DNA from: a virus
Length of the DNA stretch: 5,939 nucleotides
Strand: one strand, 5' to 3'
IMG/VR virus record: IMGVR_UViG_3300045988_036540
Shown piece by piece: positions 1-5,511 of this stretch. Position 1 is the stretch's first letter. Every line of letters begins with the position of its first letter. The notes under the pieces were generated by a model. It made no database searches. It was not told where the DNA came from and saw only the letters and a list, made by a program, of their open reading frames with translations. The translations under genes were made by a program, and so were the position numbers.

Positions 1-20
1 ACTACTACGACTACAACAAG

Positions 21-42
21 TAAATAATAATATAATAAAAAT
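21..42. other. 22-nt tract of pure A/T (taaataataatataataaaaat); candidate easily melted element
   Basis: There is no G or C between 21 and 42. It directly abuts the GC-rich alternating tract at 43-81 and lies ~25 nt from the last iteron across the circle junction. Duplicated at 5861-5882. Confidence 0.6.
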
Positions 43-81
43 CGTGCGTGCATGTGCGCGATTACGTGCGCGTGCGCGCGC
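43..81. repeat. Two 18-nt perfectly alternating pyrimidine-purine tracts (43-60 and 63-80) built of CG/TG/CA steps, with three copies of GTGCGCG; Z-DNA-prone
   Basis: 43-60 cgtgcgtgcatgtgcgcg and 63-80 tacgtgcgcgtgcgcgcg alternate Py-Pu without a break. GTGCGCG occurs at 54-60, 66-72 and 72-78. Duplicated at 5883-5921. Confidence 0.8.
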
Positions 82-91
82 TGATAAACCT

Positions 92-140
92 AAAAAAATA
101 CTCAGCCAAGTATATATACTTGATAGTTACTTGGCTGAGT
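92..140 (-). terminator. Rho-independent terminator ending the phage operon, just downstream of the VP4 stop
   Basis: A perfect 13-bp stem pairs 100-112 (actcagccaagta) with 128-140 (tacttggctgagt), leaving a 15-nt loop. On the minus strand the stem is followed after 1 nt by T7 (plus-strand A run 92-98). It lies 10 nt after the VP4 stop at 151-153. Confidence 0.8.
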
Positions 141-150
141 GACACCAGGG

Positions 151-1170
151 CTAAAAAACGCCCTTTGCTTTGGACATCTTCTTCTTCATGACTGCTTCTT
201 TATCGGCCAGTTGTTCGGCATACCGTTTGTCAGTTTCCATGTTTCTTTCGATTAGGGACGCAATGGCTTTTCCTTGTCGATACTGCTTGATTCTCCACGC
301 CTTTTCAGGATTTTCAGCTTCCAGCTTTCGCCAGTAATATTCTGGAATGGCTGCTCTCTTGCCGTTTGTCAGCTGGATGTACCCAAGTTGCCATAGCCTT
401 TCTTGGTTCTTTTGGAACCATTCGTCTCCGAGTCCTGGCTTTCGGCTCATTACACAGAATGGCGGTATGAGCCCCATTTTCTTGTACCTGTCTTTGTCGT
501 TTCCGTACAGCTTCTTGGTCACATATCCAGCTACGTAGTTATACGTTTCTGGCGTTGCTTGAGCTATGTCAACCGTTCCTTGTCCCCAGACTTTGACTAG
601 TTTGTCGCTTGTGTAGTGTCCAAACCTTGATAGCCTGTGAATTGGCTTTAAGTCGTCTGGATACCACCCGTATAGTATCATGTGATAGTGTGGTCTTGAG
701 GTGTTGTCTCCATACTCTCCGGCTAAGAAGTATCTGAGAGGCTCTCTGACGGCCTTTCTAAGCCTTTTCATGAATAGTTGGACATCCTCCACGCTTAAAG
801 TTTGCACTGTTCTAGGACGCTCTGAGGCGTCTCTCCATACGTTCACGCCTCCCTTGAAGATTTCCCCTGTTTCTGTGTCCTGTGTTGGTACGTGTTCGTC
901 ATCATAGGTCAGTGTGATGAACCAGATGCTTTCCTTGTCGTGGCTGTATGCTTCCAGCTCCATCCGCGTAGCCCAGTCTTTGCGCTTGCGCAGCTTGCAT
1001 CCTGTGCATTGTCCACATGGAATCATCATTACGTCCTTGCGGTACATCAGGTCTTCATACTTCATGTTGGTCTTATGGCTCGCGTTAAAAGAAGCGAGTG
1101 AGTATACTCGCCCACTCGCTTCCCTGTCGTGAGGTACATAAAACCGGATTAACGGTTTGTTACACCCCAT
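151..1170 (-). CDS. VP4: Replication initiation protein (HUH rolling-circle endonuclease), Microviridae VP4 / phiX174 protein A family, 339 aa
   Basis: Motifs read in the translation: FITLTY (RCR motif 1), PHYHMILY (HUH motif 2), YNYVAGYVTKK (motif 3, two Tyr separated by 3 residues as in phiX174 A). The N-terminal MGCNKPL and the CGQCTGC Cys cluster are typical of gokushovirus VP4. ATG at 1168-1170 is preceded by GGAGGT (1174-1179), and the SD overlaps the VP2 stop. Confidence 0.95.
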   Translation of the reverse strand: MGCNKPLIRFYVPHDREASGRVYSLASFNASHKTNMKYEDLMYRKDVMMIPCGQCTGCKLRKRKDWATRMELEAYSHDKESIWFITLTYDDEHVPTQDTETGEIFKGGVNVWRDASERPRTVQTLSVEDVQLFMKRLRKAVREPLRYFLAGEYGDNTSRPHYHMILYGWYPDDLKPIHRLSRFGHYTSDKLVKVWGQGTVDIAQATPETYNYVAGYVTKKLYGNDKDRYKKMGLIPPFCVMSRKPGLGDEWFQKNQERLWQLGYIQLTNGKRAAIPEYYWRKLEAENPEKAWRIKQYRQGKAIASLIERNMETDKRYAEQLADKEAVMKKKMSKAKGVF

Positions 1171-1171
1171 T

Positions 1172-2050
1172 TTACCTCCAATAATTTCCGGTTGTTCCCA
1201 TGCCGATTGTTTGCCTGCGGCCTCTTTCGAGATTTCCCGCGGCTTCCCTTCTTACTTTGTCTTGGACAGGTAGGGCCGCAAGTTTTTCTTTCAGATTAAT
1301 CGCTCCGTCTACTGCCGCTCCGGCAATGCGCTCCATGTCGCCCCTGAGTCTCACAGGGTTCGTGCTACTCGACATGATAGCCTGCTGTATGCTCTCTGCC
1401 GCGCTTTCGGCGTGGCTCCATGCTTCACTGTGACTGCTCCAACTGCCGTCTTGTTTGATGCCCGGTAATGCTGTTGCGCCCAGTGCGCTACTGGATGCCA
1501 TGCCCATGCTTGCGCTTCCGATTGTTCCTTGTGCTCCGCTCGGAGTGCTTGCCCCGCCCTGAGTGTATGCCAAGATAGGATTGATTCCTGCTTTTCGCAT
1601 GTCCTCGACAGCCCTTTGATACGCAGAATTGCTCATCTGCTCTTGCCAAGCTCTGTTCTTTGCCGCTTCGGCTGAGTTGAATCTCATTGCCGTCTGTTGC
1701 TCGATATGATTGTATACGCCTTGCTGGATTGCTCCTAATGTGTTGTAGCCCATCTGCATAAGCATAGAATTCTTGTTGAATTTTTGCTGTGCTCCCATGT
1801 TGGCTTGACTCAGTGCGTTTGCAATGCTCGCGATCTCTTTATTGACACTGTCGTTCGTGCCGCCGTTGCTGAAACTCCCGCTGTTGCTACTGCTCTGCAT
1901 CCAGCTACTGCCGCTACTTTGGCTACTGGCCTGTCCCTGCTGTCCGTAACCGCTTGTGCCGAATAATTTACTTGCGGCCGCTCCTGCGATGCTAGGTATT
2001 GCGTTTAGTGCTAGTGATTTGAAGAATGGTATTAATGCCGCTAATGCCAT
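1172..2050 (-). CDS. VP2: Minor capsid / DNA pilot protein VP2, 292 aa
   Basis: Start taken at the internal ATG 2048-2050 (MALAALIPFFKSLALNAIPSIAGAAASKLFG...), not at the ORF-track start 2359, which lies inside VP1. It has a hydrophobic Gly/Ala N-terminus, a Ser/Gly/Gln-rich low-complexity stretch, and the segment MSNSAYQRAVEDMRKAGINPILAY that I recognise as the conserved core of microvirus VP2 proteins. The position between VP1 and VP4 is canonical. Confidence 0.88.
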   Translation of the reverse strand: MALAALIPFFKSLALNAIPSIAGAAASKLFGTSGYGQQGQASSQSSGSSWMQSSSNSGSFSNGGTNDSVNKEIASIANALSQANMGAQQKFNKNSMLMQMGYNTLGAIQQGVYNHIEQQTAMRFNSAEAAKNRAWQEQMSNSAYQRAVEDMRKAGINPILAYTQGGASTPSGAQGTIGSASMGMASSSALGATALPGIKQDGSWSSHSEAWSHAESAAESIQQAIMSSSTNPVRLRGDMERIAGAAVDGAINLKEKLAALPVQDKVRREAAGNLERGRRQTIGMGTTGNYWR

Positions 2051-2090
2051 AATAAAATAGCCCGGGGTTTTGCCCCGGGCTTCCCCCTTT
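2051..2090 (-). promoter_or_regulatory. VP1-VP2 intergenic GC hairpin with T-rich tail (terminator/attenuator-like), plus an upstream purine-rich SD-like element
   Basis: Minus strand reads TAA G AAAGGGGGAA GCCCGGGG CAAAA CCCCGGGC TATTTTATT ATG. The 8-bp all-GC-flanked stem pairs 2060-2067 with 2073-2080 around a 5-nt loop, followed by a T-rich run ending at the VP2 ATG. AAAGGGGGAA is at 2081-2090. Confidence 0.65.
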
Positions 2091-2091
2091 C

Positions 2092-3795
2092 TTAGTGATG
2101 GTCTACGAGACCCGGAATGCTGTACATTGGCATCGGTCTTACAGATGTATTGTCTATGATGGTGTCCATGATAAACTGCGGCTCGTTGTCCACGGCCAGA
2201 GTTCTCTGAATCTCGGAGTCTCCTTCCTTCATCCATGCTTGGCTCAGGCTCGGAGTCTCTTTGTAGTTGTCGCCGTAGTGCCAGCTGTCCAAGGTTCCCG
2301 CTGCATTCGAACGGAACTTGCCGCTGATGCGGTTTGGCTTCATTCGGTATTCTGCCCATGCTTCTTGATAGCCGAATGCCTGTTCATCAGTGCTCGTACC
2401 AGTGAGATACAGCTCCTTTTTGAGAATTGCTTGCTCTCCCAGATTTGCGAAGACCGGGTAATAGAAGTCCAGATTGGTTTTTCGGCTCCACATTCGTTCG
2501 AGTCCCTGCTGATAGGTGTGGTCATGCCGGATGCAACACACTCCGATAACATAGCCGTGCTCCTCGAAACTCTTTGTGAACATACTGCCGTTGTACGGTG
2601 TAACGCTCACGGCTGCGGTGTTGCCCTGCGGACTCTCTGCGGTCGTGCCGCTGGTCTGGATGACCTGACTCATGTTGATAGTGATACGCGTACCACCCAG
2701 ATATTCCGGAATCTGCACAGTCTTGTCCGAAATCTTGGTGTGGAATAAACTGTAAATCATCTCGCGGTAGCGGCTACCGCCTCGTGCTAACTGCTCGTAG
2801 TACTTCTGCACCTGAAATGCCTGTCTCAGCTGATTGATGGTTGTTGCTGTTGCGGTGGTCATATCAGCTCCAATCTCTATTTCTCTGTTTCCGTCCGGTG
2901 CTCCGTCTGCCGTCCCCAGAATTCCACTTCCGTAATAAAGGCCGTTTTCTCCCTTGGTTTCTGCTTGGACGCTTATGTTTGTGATAAGGTGGTATTCCGA
3001 GCTATTGGTAGTCCATCCGAGTTTATTCGGCCAGTTGTTCGGGTCGTACAGATTGAGATGTGCCACCCCTGTCGTCGGTACTTTTACCGGCTCTCCCGCT
3101 TTCTGAGGGGAAGGCAAAGCCGATGTGAAGTAGTCGTGGTACTTATTTACCGGCAGCGGTCTGCCGCCTGTGTATGCGTTCTGAAGGATGTACTCAAGGT
3201 TAGGCGTTTTTGCGTCCATGCCCTTTGCTTCATCATCCGTATAGTTTACGGTTGCGTCTGTGGTGCTGTTGATTGCCGGATTGTCCACGTTCTGGTCGCG
3301 GAACCACTCCTGCCAAATCATAGCGTAGGCTCTGAATGGTAATGCATTTACGCTGAATGCAGTATCAGCTCCTTTGCTCACCTTGGTAGGAATGCCCATG
3401 TAGTCCATGATGCTGCCCTCATAAGGTGCCGGTTTTTCTGCCGTTCCGGTCACTTTGACCTGCGGAATTGTGTATTCCTGAGTCTGTGCCCACGGTCCGG
3501 TGTCGTTTTCGCCCATGAACCGCTTGAAATGGTCCCAGATGATACGACAGGGAACATTGAAGTAGTATATATCCATATGGCAGTTGTCCATAACCGGGAA
3601 GATAGGAGTTGTCATGCGGATAATTGCTGCCTGGTCAATGCTGAAGGTATCACCCGGGAGCACTTCATCCACGTAGAACGGAATAAGCTGGCCCGCGTTC
3701 ATCGTCAACTTGACGTCCTGCCGCCGTTTGAAGCGACTTCGCGTAATGTCCAGCCTCGGAACCTGATTAAACCCTGCGTCTTTGTTTCTGTTCAT
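2092..3795 (-). CDS. VP1: Major capsid protein VP1 (Microviridae F-protein family), 567 aa
   Basis: The N-terminus has the characteristic microvirus capsid signature: FNQVPRLDITRSRFKRRQDVKLTMNAGQLIPFYVDEVLPGDTF. The length is typical for gokushovirus VP1. GGAGG at 3806-3810 lies 10 nt upstream of the ATG. The ATG (3793-3795) overlaps the VP3 TGA (3792-3794) as ATGA. Confidence 0.97.
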   Translation of the reverse strand: MNRNKDAGFNQVPRLDITRSRFKRRQDVKLTMNAGQLIPFYVDEVLPGDTFSIDQAAIIRMTTPIFPVMDNCHMDIYYFNVPCRIIWDHFKRFMGENDTGPWAQTQEYTIPQVKVTGTAEKPAPYEGSIMDYMGIPTKVSKGADTAFSVNALPFRAYAMIWQEWFRDQNVDNPAINSTTDATVNYTDDEAKGMDAKTPNLEYILQNAYTGGRPLPVNKYHDYFTSALPSPQKAGEPVKVPTTGVAHLNLYDPNNWPNKLGWTTNSSEYHLITNISVQAETKGENGLYYGSGILGTADGAPDGNREIEIGADMTTATATTINQLRQAFQVQKYYEQLARGGSRYREMIYSLFHTKISDKTVQIPEYLGGTRITINMSQVIQTSGTTAESPQGNTAAVSVTPYNGSMFTKSFEEHGYVIGVCCIRHDHTYQQGLERMWSRKTNLDFYYPVFANLGEQAILKKELYLTGTSTDEQAFGYQEAWAEYRMKPNRISGKFRSNAAGTLDSWHYGDNYKETPSLSQAWMKEGDSEIQRTLAVDNEPQFIMDTIIDNTSVRPMPMYSIPGLVDHH

Positions 3796-4271
3796 TCAGT
3801 GGCTTCCTCCTTTTTAGGCTCTTCAGGCTGCTTTTCTTGATAAATGCCCAGATTTTTTGCCCAGTCGATAGTTCCGAAGCTTGCTACGAATTTATCGACG
3901 TCATTGTCAAATTTGAGCTTGATTTCCTTCGGGATTTCATCCCAGATTTGCTCGGCCCGCAGCATGATGTTCTGAAGCTGCATCAGGTTTTCTGGCATCT
4001 CGGTTGCGTCTTGGAGCCCATTGCCTATGTCCGGTACCAGTCTGGCCGCAAGGTCAGGGTCGATGGATGCCCGTCGGATGATGTTTTCTAGCTTGGTCTC
4101 TTCCAGATAGCTGTCGATTTCCGCCTGCTGGTCGATGACCTGGTCAAGCGTCAGCACCTTTTCGCCTTTTTCGTTGAGTTCCCAGAGGTATGTGCGCCTC
4201 ACGGTCTCTCCGGCTTCGGTGGCCTTTTCTGTTGCGGTCTCCCTGAAGTTACTTACTGAGCGATACGCCAT
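3792..4271 (-). CDS. VP3: Internal scaffolding protein VP3, 159 aa
   Basis: Acidic, helical protein immediately upstream of and coupled to VP1. The C-terminal segment WDEIPKEIKLKFDNDVDKFVASF resembles the conserved VP3 motif as I recall it. Start placed at ATG 4269-4271 (MAYRSVSNF...), which is preceded by AAGGAGA with a ~9-nt spacer. The ORF-track start at 4319 is a TTG with no SD. Confidence 0.8.
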   Translation of the reverse strand: MAYRSVSNFRETATEKATEAGETVRRTYLWELNEKGEKVLTLDQVIDQQAEIDSYLEETKLENIIRRASIDPDLAARLVPDIGNGLQDATEMPENLMQLQNIMLRAEQIWDEIPKEIKLKFDNDVDKFVASFGTIDWAKNLGIYQEKQPEEPKKEEATE

Positions 4272-4485
4272 CGAAGATGTTCTCCTTTTCGTTCTCAAAC
4301 AGTCCAGTTTTCTCGTCAAACTTTGCCAGTCGCACTAGCCGATAGTCGCTCGGAGTTTTGCTCATTATGTTTCGTTCGTCAGTCAGCGCGATTTTGAAAT
4401 TGCGTTCGGCTACCTTGTCGTCACGTTCGGTAAGGATAGTGATATAGCCCATCACGCAGCTATCAAAAATTCCGTATACGTTCAT
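4249..4485 (-). CDS. Small nonstructural protein, 78 aa, probably the gokushovirus VP5-type protein
   Basis: ATG 4483-4485 is preceded by AAGGAGAA. The pattern MNVYGIFD...AERNF...KTPSDYRLVRLAKFDEKTGLF matches my memory of the small nonstructural protein encoded just upstream of VP3 in many gokushoviruses (M.v..i.D...A.R.F...P.DY.L...G.FD..TG). The 3' end overlaps the VP3 start by 23 nt. The functional assignment rests on memory only. Confidence 0.7.
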   Translation of the reverse strand: MNVYGIFDSCVMGYITILTERDDKVAERNFKIALTDERNIMSKTPSDYRLVRLAKFDEKTGLFENEKENIFDGVSLSK

Positions 4486-4495
4486 GTTGTTCTCC

Positions 4496-4573
4496 TTACT
4501 TGAACCAGTCTTTGATAATGTTGATTGTGTTAATGACGAGGTAAAACCCCGCTGCGAGAAATGCCATAGTCAT
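4496..4573 (-). CDS. Candidate 25-aa hydrophobic miniprotein (MTMAFLAAGFYLVINTINIIKDWFK), below the ORF-track size cutoff
   Basis: Hand translation of the minus strand from ATG 4571-4573 to TAA 4496-4498. It fills the only sizeable gap inside the coding block. Its stop lies inside the SD of the next gene (AGTAAGGAGAACAAC ATG). It begins 17 nt after the stop of the basic protein, and no clear SD of its own is visible. Confidence 0.35.
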   Translation of the reverse strand: MTMAFLAAGFYLVINTINIIKDWFK

Positions 4574-4590
4574 GCTTGCTAATACAGCGC

Positions 4591-4710
4591 TCACAGTCGG
4601 ATACCTCCTCGCATTGCCCCGCTTCCCAGGTTAATTGCCTTGGTCTTGCGTGCGGTCTTGTTGTAGATTTTTGCGTCTTTGGATTTGCGGACTCTACTCC
4701 TCTTTCCCAT
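4591..4710 (-). CDS. Small highly basic DNA-binding / packaging protein, 39 aa (functional analogue of phiX174 J; gokushovirus ORF8 type)
   Basis: The sequence MGKRSRVRKSKDAKIYNKTARKTKAINLGSGAMRGGIRL is Arg/Lys-rich, with the C-terminal MRGGIRL ending I recognise from small basic microvirus proteins. ATG is at 4708-4710. The longer ORF-track form starts at a TTG (4782) inside the upstream gene. It overlaps the upstream 75-aa ORF by 17 nt. Confidence 0.75.
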   Translation of the reverse strand: MGKRSRVRKSKDAKIYNKTARKTKAINLGSGAMRGGIRL

Positions 4711-4921
4711 GGTTGATTTCCCTTCTGAGGATTTCGACCTCAATGTCGTTTGCTGCCGCCTTCTTGCGAAATGCAAGGTCAACGTAATATCTTGCGTCTT
4801 CGATTGTTGCGGCCTTTCTGAGCATACTGTATGCGGCGTCGATTGCCTTGTAGGTTTTCGTCAACTCCCGCATAAGGTTCTCGTCGGTCTGGTCTCTTAC
4901 ATTCCACGGTTTGTTCTCCAT
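4694..4921 (-). CDS. Hypothetical protein, 75 aa, predicted helical; no family recognised
   Basis: ATG 4919-4921 is preceded by GGAGG (minus strand CCGGAGGCTTAAC ATG). It is co-directional and tightly packed with its neighbours. The sequence is MENKPWNVRDQTDENLMRELTKTYKAIDAAYSMLRKAATIEDARYYVDLAFRKKAAANDIEVEILRREINHGKEE. Confidence 0.7.
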   Translation of the reverse strand: MENKPWNVRDQTDENLMRELTKTYKAIDAAYSMLRKAATIEDARYYVDLAFRKKAAANDIEVEILRREINHGKEE

Positions 4922-4922
4922 G

Positions 4923-5006
4923 TTAAGCCTCCGGCTCGTTTCCTGTTACCGCATGGTAGATTTTGTCCAACATGGTAAGGATTTTTTGGATGTTTTCAAA
5001 CAGCAT
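4923..5006 (-). CDS. Possible 27-aa ORF (MLFENIQKILTMLDKIYHAVTGNEPEA), below the ORF-track cutoff
   Basis: Hand translation. The stop TAA (4923-4925) sits 1 nt before the ATG of the 75-aa ORF. A good SD (GAGGTG, 5035-5040) lies 28 nt upstream of the ATG, which is too far. However, it is 7 nt from an in-frame CTG (5025-5027) that would give a 34-aa product. The start is ambiguous. Confidence 0.25.
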   Translation of the reverse strand: MLFENIQKILTMLDKIYHAVTGNEPEA

Positions 5007-5113
5007 TTTGATTTCTTGGTAAGACAGAGCAGTTCACCTCTTTCGTAAAGTTATTTTTGTAAAAATGGAATTTGTTAAATGCACTTCTGCGCTGTTTGAC
5101 TATTTATGTTATA

Positions 5114-5296
5114 TCACTTTGGAGAGATTTTGTCAATTTCTCGTTTGTCAAGTTCTTTTTTGATTTCTTCGTAGACGTATCTGCAATGGTATCCTTCGAC
5201 TTTGCATGGGCAGCTCTCACAATCCCCGTTACAATGTTCGTATCTGTGCTCCATGTAGAGTAGCGTTTTGTCGCTTGCGAACCATAAGCTATTCAT
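5114..5296 (-). CDS. Hypothetical Cys/His-rich small protein, 60 aa; putative metal (Zn)-binding
   Basis: ATG 5294-5296 starts 1 nt after the upstream stop and is preceded by AAAGGAAAA. The core HRYEHCNGDCESCPCKVEGYHC holds 5 Cys and 3 His within 22 residues and is followed by a charged helical tail (YEEIKKELDKREIDK). Confidence 0.65.
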   Translation of the reverse strand: MNSLWFASDKTLLYMEHRYEHCNGDCESCPCKVEGYHCRYVYEEIKKELDKREIDKISPK

Positions 5297-5297
5297 G

Positions 5298-5483
5298 TTA
5301 GTTTTCCTTTACTGTGAAACAGCTTGCTACGCGTTTAACCTGGTATAGCGAGTAGATTCCAGGATTTTCCTCTGCGTATCTTTTCAGCTTTTGTTTTGCG
5401 ACTTTTGGTTCTTCTACAAACCAATCGACAATGTGTGTTGTCCCGTCGTTGTCGAATCTTTGGATTTCGTAGCTGTGTAACAT
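5298..5483 (-). CDS. Hypothetical protein, 61 aa; first gene downstream of the promoter
   Basis: Start placed at ATG 5481-5483 (MLHSYEIQRFDNDGTTHIVDWF...), preceded by AAAGGAACGGTGAAAACC. The ORF-track start at 5540 is the TTG of the promoter -35 hexamer, so the first 19 codons of that call are promoter and leader sequence. Confidence 0.65.
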   Translation of the reverse strand: MLHSYEIQRFDNDGTTHIVDWFVEEPKVAKQKLKRYAEENPGIYSLYQVKRVASCFTVKEN

Positions 5484-5511
5484 GGTTTTCACCGTTCCTT
5501 TCTGTGATTTA

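Larger units (their letters stand above)
1..99. repeat. Terminal redundancy, copy 1 (identical to 5841-5939); assembly overlap of a circular molecule
   Basis: Direct comparison by eye: 1-99 (actactacgactacaacaag...ctgataaacctaaaaaaat) matches 5841-5939 base for base. The window simply stops at 5939, so the true overlap is window-limited. Confidence 0.95.

Noticed and set aside
1-20. The triplet-like tract ACTACTACGACTACAACAAG as a coding remnant or microsatellite
   Set aside because: It is short and imperfect, with no open frame context. It is noted only as part of the structured noncoding region, and no independent function can be argued from sequence alone.
1-99. Terminal repeat as a biological direct terminal repeat, LTR or transposon end
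   Set aside because: It is a direct, exact repeat truncated by the window edge on a replicon type known to be circular. The gene set closes perfectly on a 5,840-nt circle. An assembly or windowing overlap is the simplest explanation.
43-140. XerCD/dif-like attachment site, as used by lysogenic enterobacterial gokushoviruses
   Set aside because: GTGCGCGATTA (54-64) resembles only the XerC half of E. coli dif (GGTGCGCATAA). No acceptable 6-bp spacer and XerD arm (TTATGTTAAAT-like) follows. The TATATA-centred palindrome at 107-122 also fails to match the flanking arms of the Bacillus-type dif as I recall it.
2051-2359. A 103-codon N-terminal extension of the VP2 ORF (ATG at 2357-2359), reading through the 3' end of VP1 in another frame and through the intergenic hairpin
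   Set aside because: The extension is Arg/Gly/Ser/His-rich junk-like sequence with no good SD (only AAGAAGC abutting the ATG). It would have to be translated through the terminator-like hairpin. The typical hydrophobic VP2 N-terminus begins at the ATG at 2048-2050. An overprinted isoform cannot be excluded without conservation analysis.
2340-2552. A 70-aa minus-strand ORF nested in an alternative frame of VP1
   Set aside because: It lies entirely inside VP1 and has no SD, no motif and no distinctive composition. It is most likely a chance open frame.
5041-5113. A second promoter in the gap between the 60-aa ORF and the possible 27-aa ORF (e.g. TTAACA-17-AATAAC, TAGTCA-17-TTTAAC on the minus strand)
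   Set aside because: The -10 candidates match only 4/6 and lack the critical final T. They are not distinguishable from chance in AT-rich sequence.
5174-5242. Reading the C-x3-C-x2-C spacing in the 60-aa protein as a radical-SAM cluster motif, or H-x3-C-x2-C as a ZAS anti-sigma motif
   Set aside because: The protein is far too small for a radical-SAM fold. The His-Cys spacing does not actually fit H-x3-C-x2-C (it is H-x4-C-x2-C from H21, and H21 is adjacent to C22). Only a generic metal-binding prediction is justified.
347-5263. All plus-strand ORFs in the track (347-538, 403-600, 701-907, 892-1101, 914-1132, 1200-1433, 1784-1966, 2095-2748, 2965-3342, 3529-3840, 3837-4091, 4135-4338, 4679-4978, 5072-5263)
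   Set aside because: Each lies antisense to a well-supported minus-strand gene. Each has a low-complexity or Cys/Leu/Ser/Val-heavy shadow-frame composition, no recognisable motif, and no SD that I could see. Microviridae genomes are transcribed from one strand. The 217-aa ORF at 2095-2748 is the longest but sits entirely opposite VP1.
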